Assembly (NCBI GenBank): GCA_963806225.1
Contig: CAWDXG010000004.1
Location: forward strand, 1,952,001 to 2,016,000
Source: an uncultured delta proteobacterium
GTDB taxonomy: Bacteria > Myxococcota_A > Polyangia > Polyangiales > Polyangiaceae
Direction: 5' to 3'
DNA length: 64,000 nucleotides
Shown here in pieces: positions 63,604 to 64,000 of this stretch (position 1 is the first letter of the stretch; every line of letters begins with the position of its first letter). The notes under the pieces were generated by a model. It saw only the letters and a list, made by a program, of their open reading frames with translations. It did no database searches and was not told where the DNA came from. The position numbers were made by a program, and so were the translations under genes.

Positions 63604-64000
63604 TCAGCCGCGCCGGCCCGTCGCGTCGCCGGCCGAGGGCACCGCCGCGTCGCTACCGCTCAGGGCCTCGTGCAACAGCGACTTGGCGAGCGAGTCGAGC
63701 GAGTCGAAGCCGGTCTTGCGCAGCACGCTGCGCACCTGGCTCTTGAGCGTGTTCTCGCTTACCTGGAACATCTCGAGCCACTGCGACCGGGGCGTGTTCG
63801 CCACCGTGGCTGCCACCACCTCTGTTTCGCGCGGCGTGAACTCGCACTGACGCGACAGCTCGTCGATCAGCCACACCAAGCGCTCGTCGGGAACGCTTTC
63901 AAAAGTCACAGCCCGGCGCACGAACCCGAACAGGTCCGCTTCGCTCGCCGGTTTGCAGACGAATTCGGCCCGCAGCTTGTGGGAGCGGTTGATCAGCGTC
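63604..64000 (-). CDS. Response regulator with LuxR-type HTH (5' end beyond window)
   Basis: Open frame from the window end: FVCKP (end of REC) then FTPRETEVV...VSENTLKSQVRSVLRK. Confidence 0.75.
   Translation of the reverse strand, partial: TLINRSHKLRAEFVCKPASEADLFGFVRRAVTFESVPDERLVWLIDELSRQCEFTPRETEVVAATVANTPRSQWLEMFQVSENTLKSQVRSVLRKTGFDSLDSLAKSLLHEALSGSDAAVPSAGDATGRRG

Overview
Very high-GC DNA whose gene content points to a myxobacterium (Polyangiaceae-like; this is inference). Housekeeping genes include lysS, lolC/E-lolD, prfB, ribF, holA, ribA, glmU, fumC, degP, two Hsp20 genes and an MltD-type transglycosylase. There are many Cys-rich or Gly-rich lipoproteins, a kinase-ATPase-TPR protein, and an MCP-less CheY-CheA-CheW-CheW-HEAT-CheR-CheB cluster. 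The first ~11 kb carries many single-base frameshifts that look like sequencing errors. The most notable region is 21.3-28.1 kb, between lysS and prfB. prfB has its programmed +1 frameshift (CTT TGA C). Directly downstream lies a 70-aa SelW/Rdx-family selenoprotein gene, missing from the ORF track, with a CxxU motif and a bacterial SECIS hairpin. Next comes a ~12-copy, 72-bp tandem array built around an 18-bp perfect palindrome, then Cys-rich lipoproteins and a lipoprotein multiheme cytochrome c. No rRNA, tRNA, CRISPR array or transposase was recognised. All family assignments come from motif recognition by eye, not from database searches.
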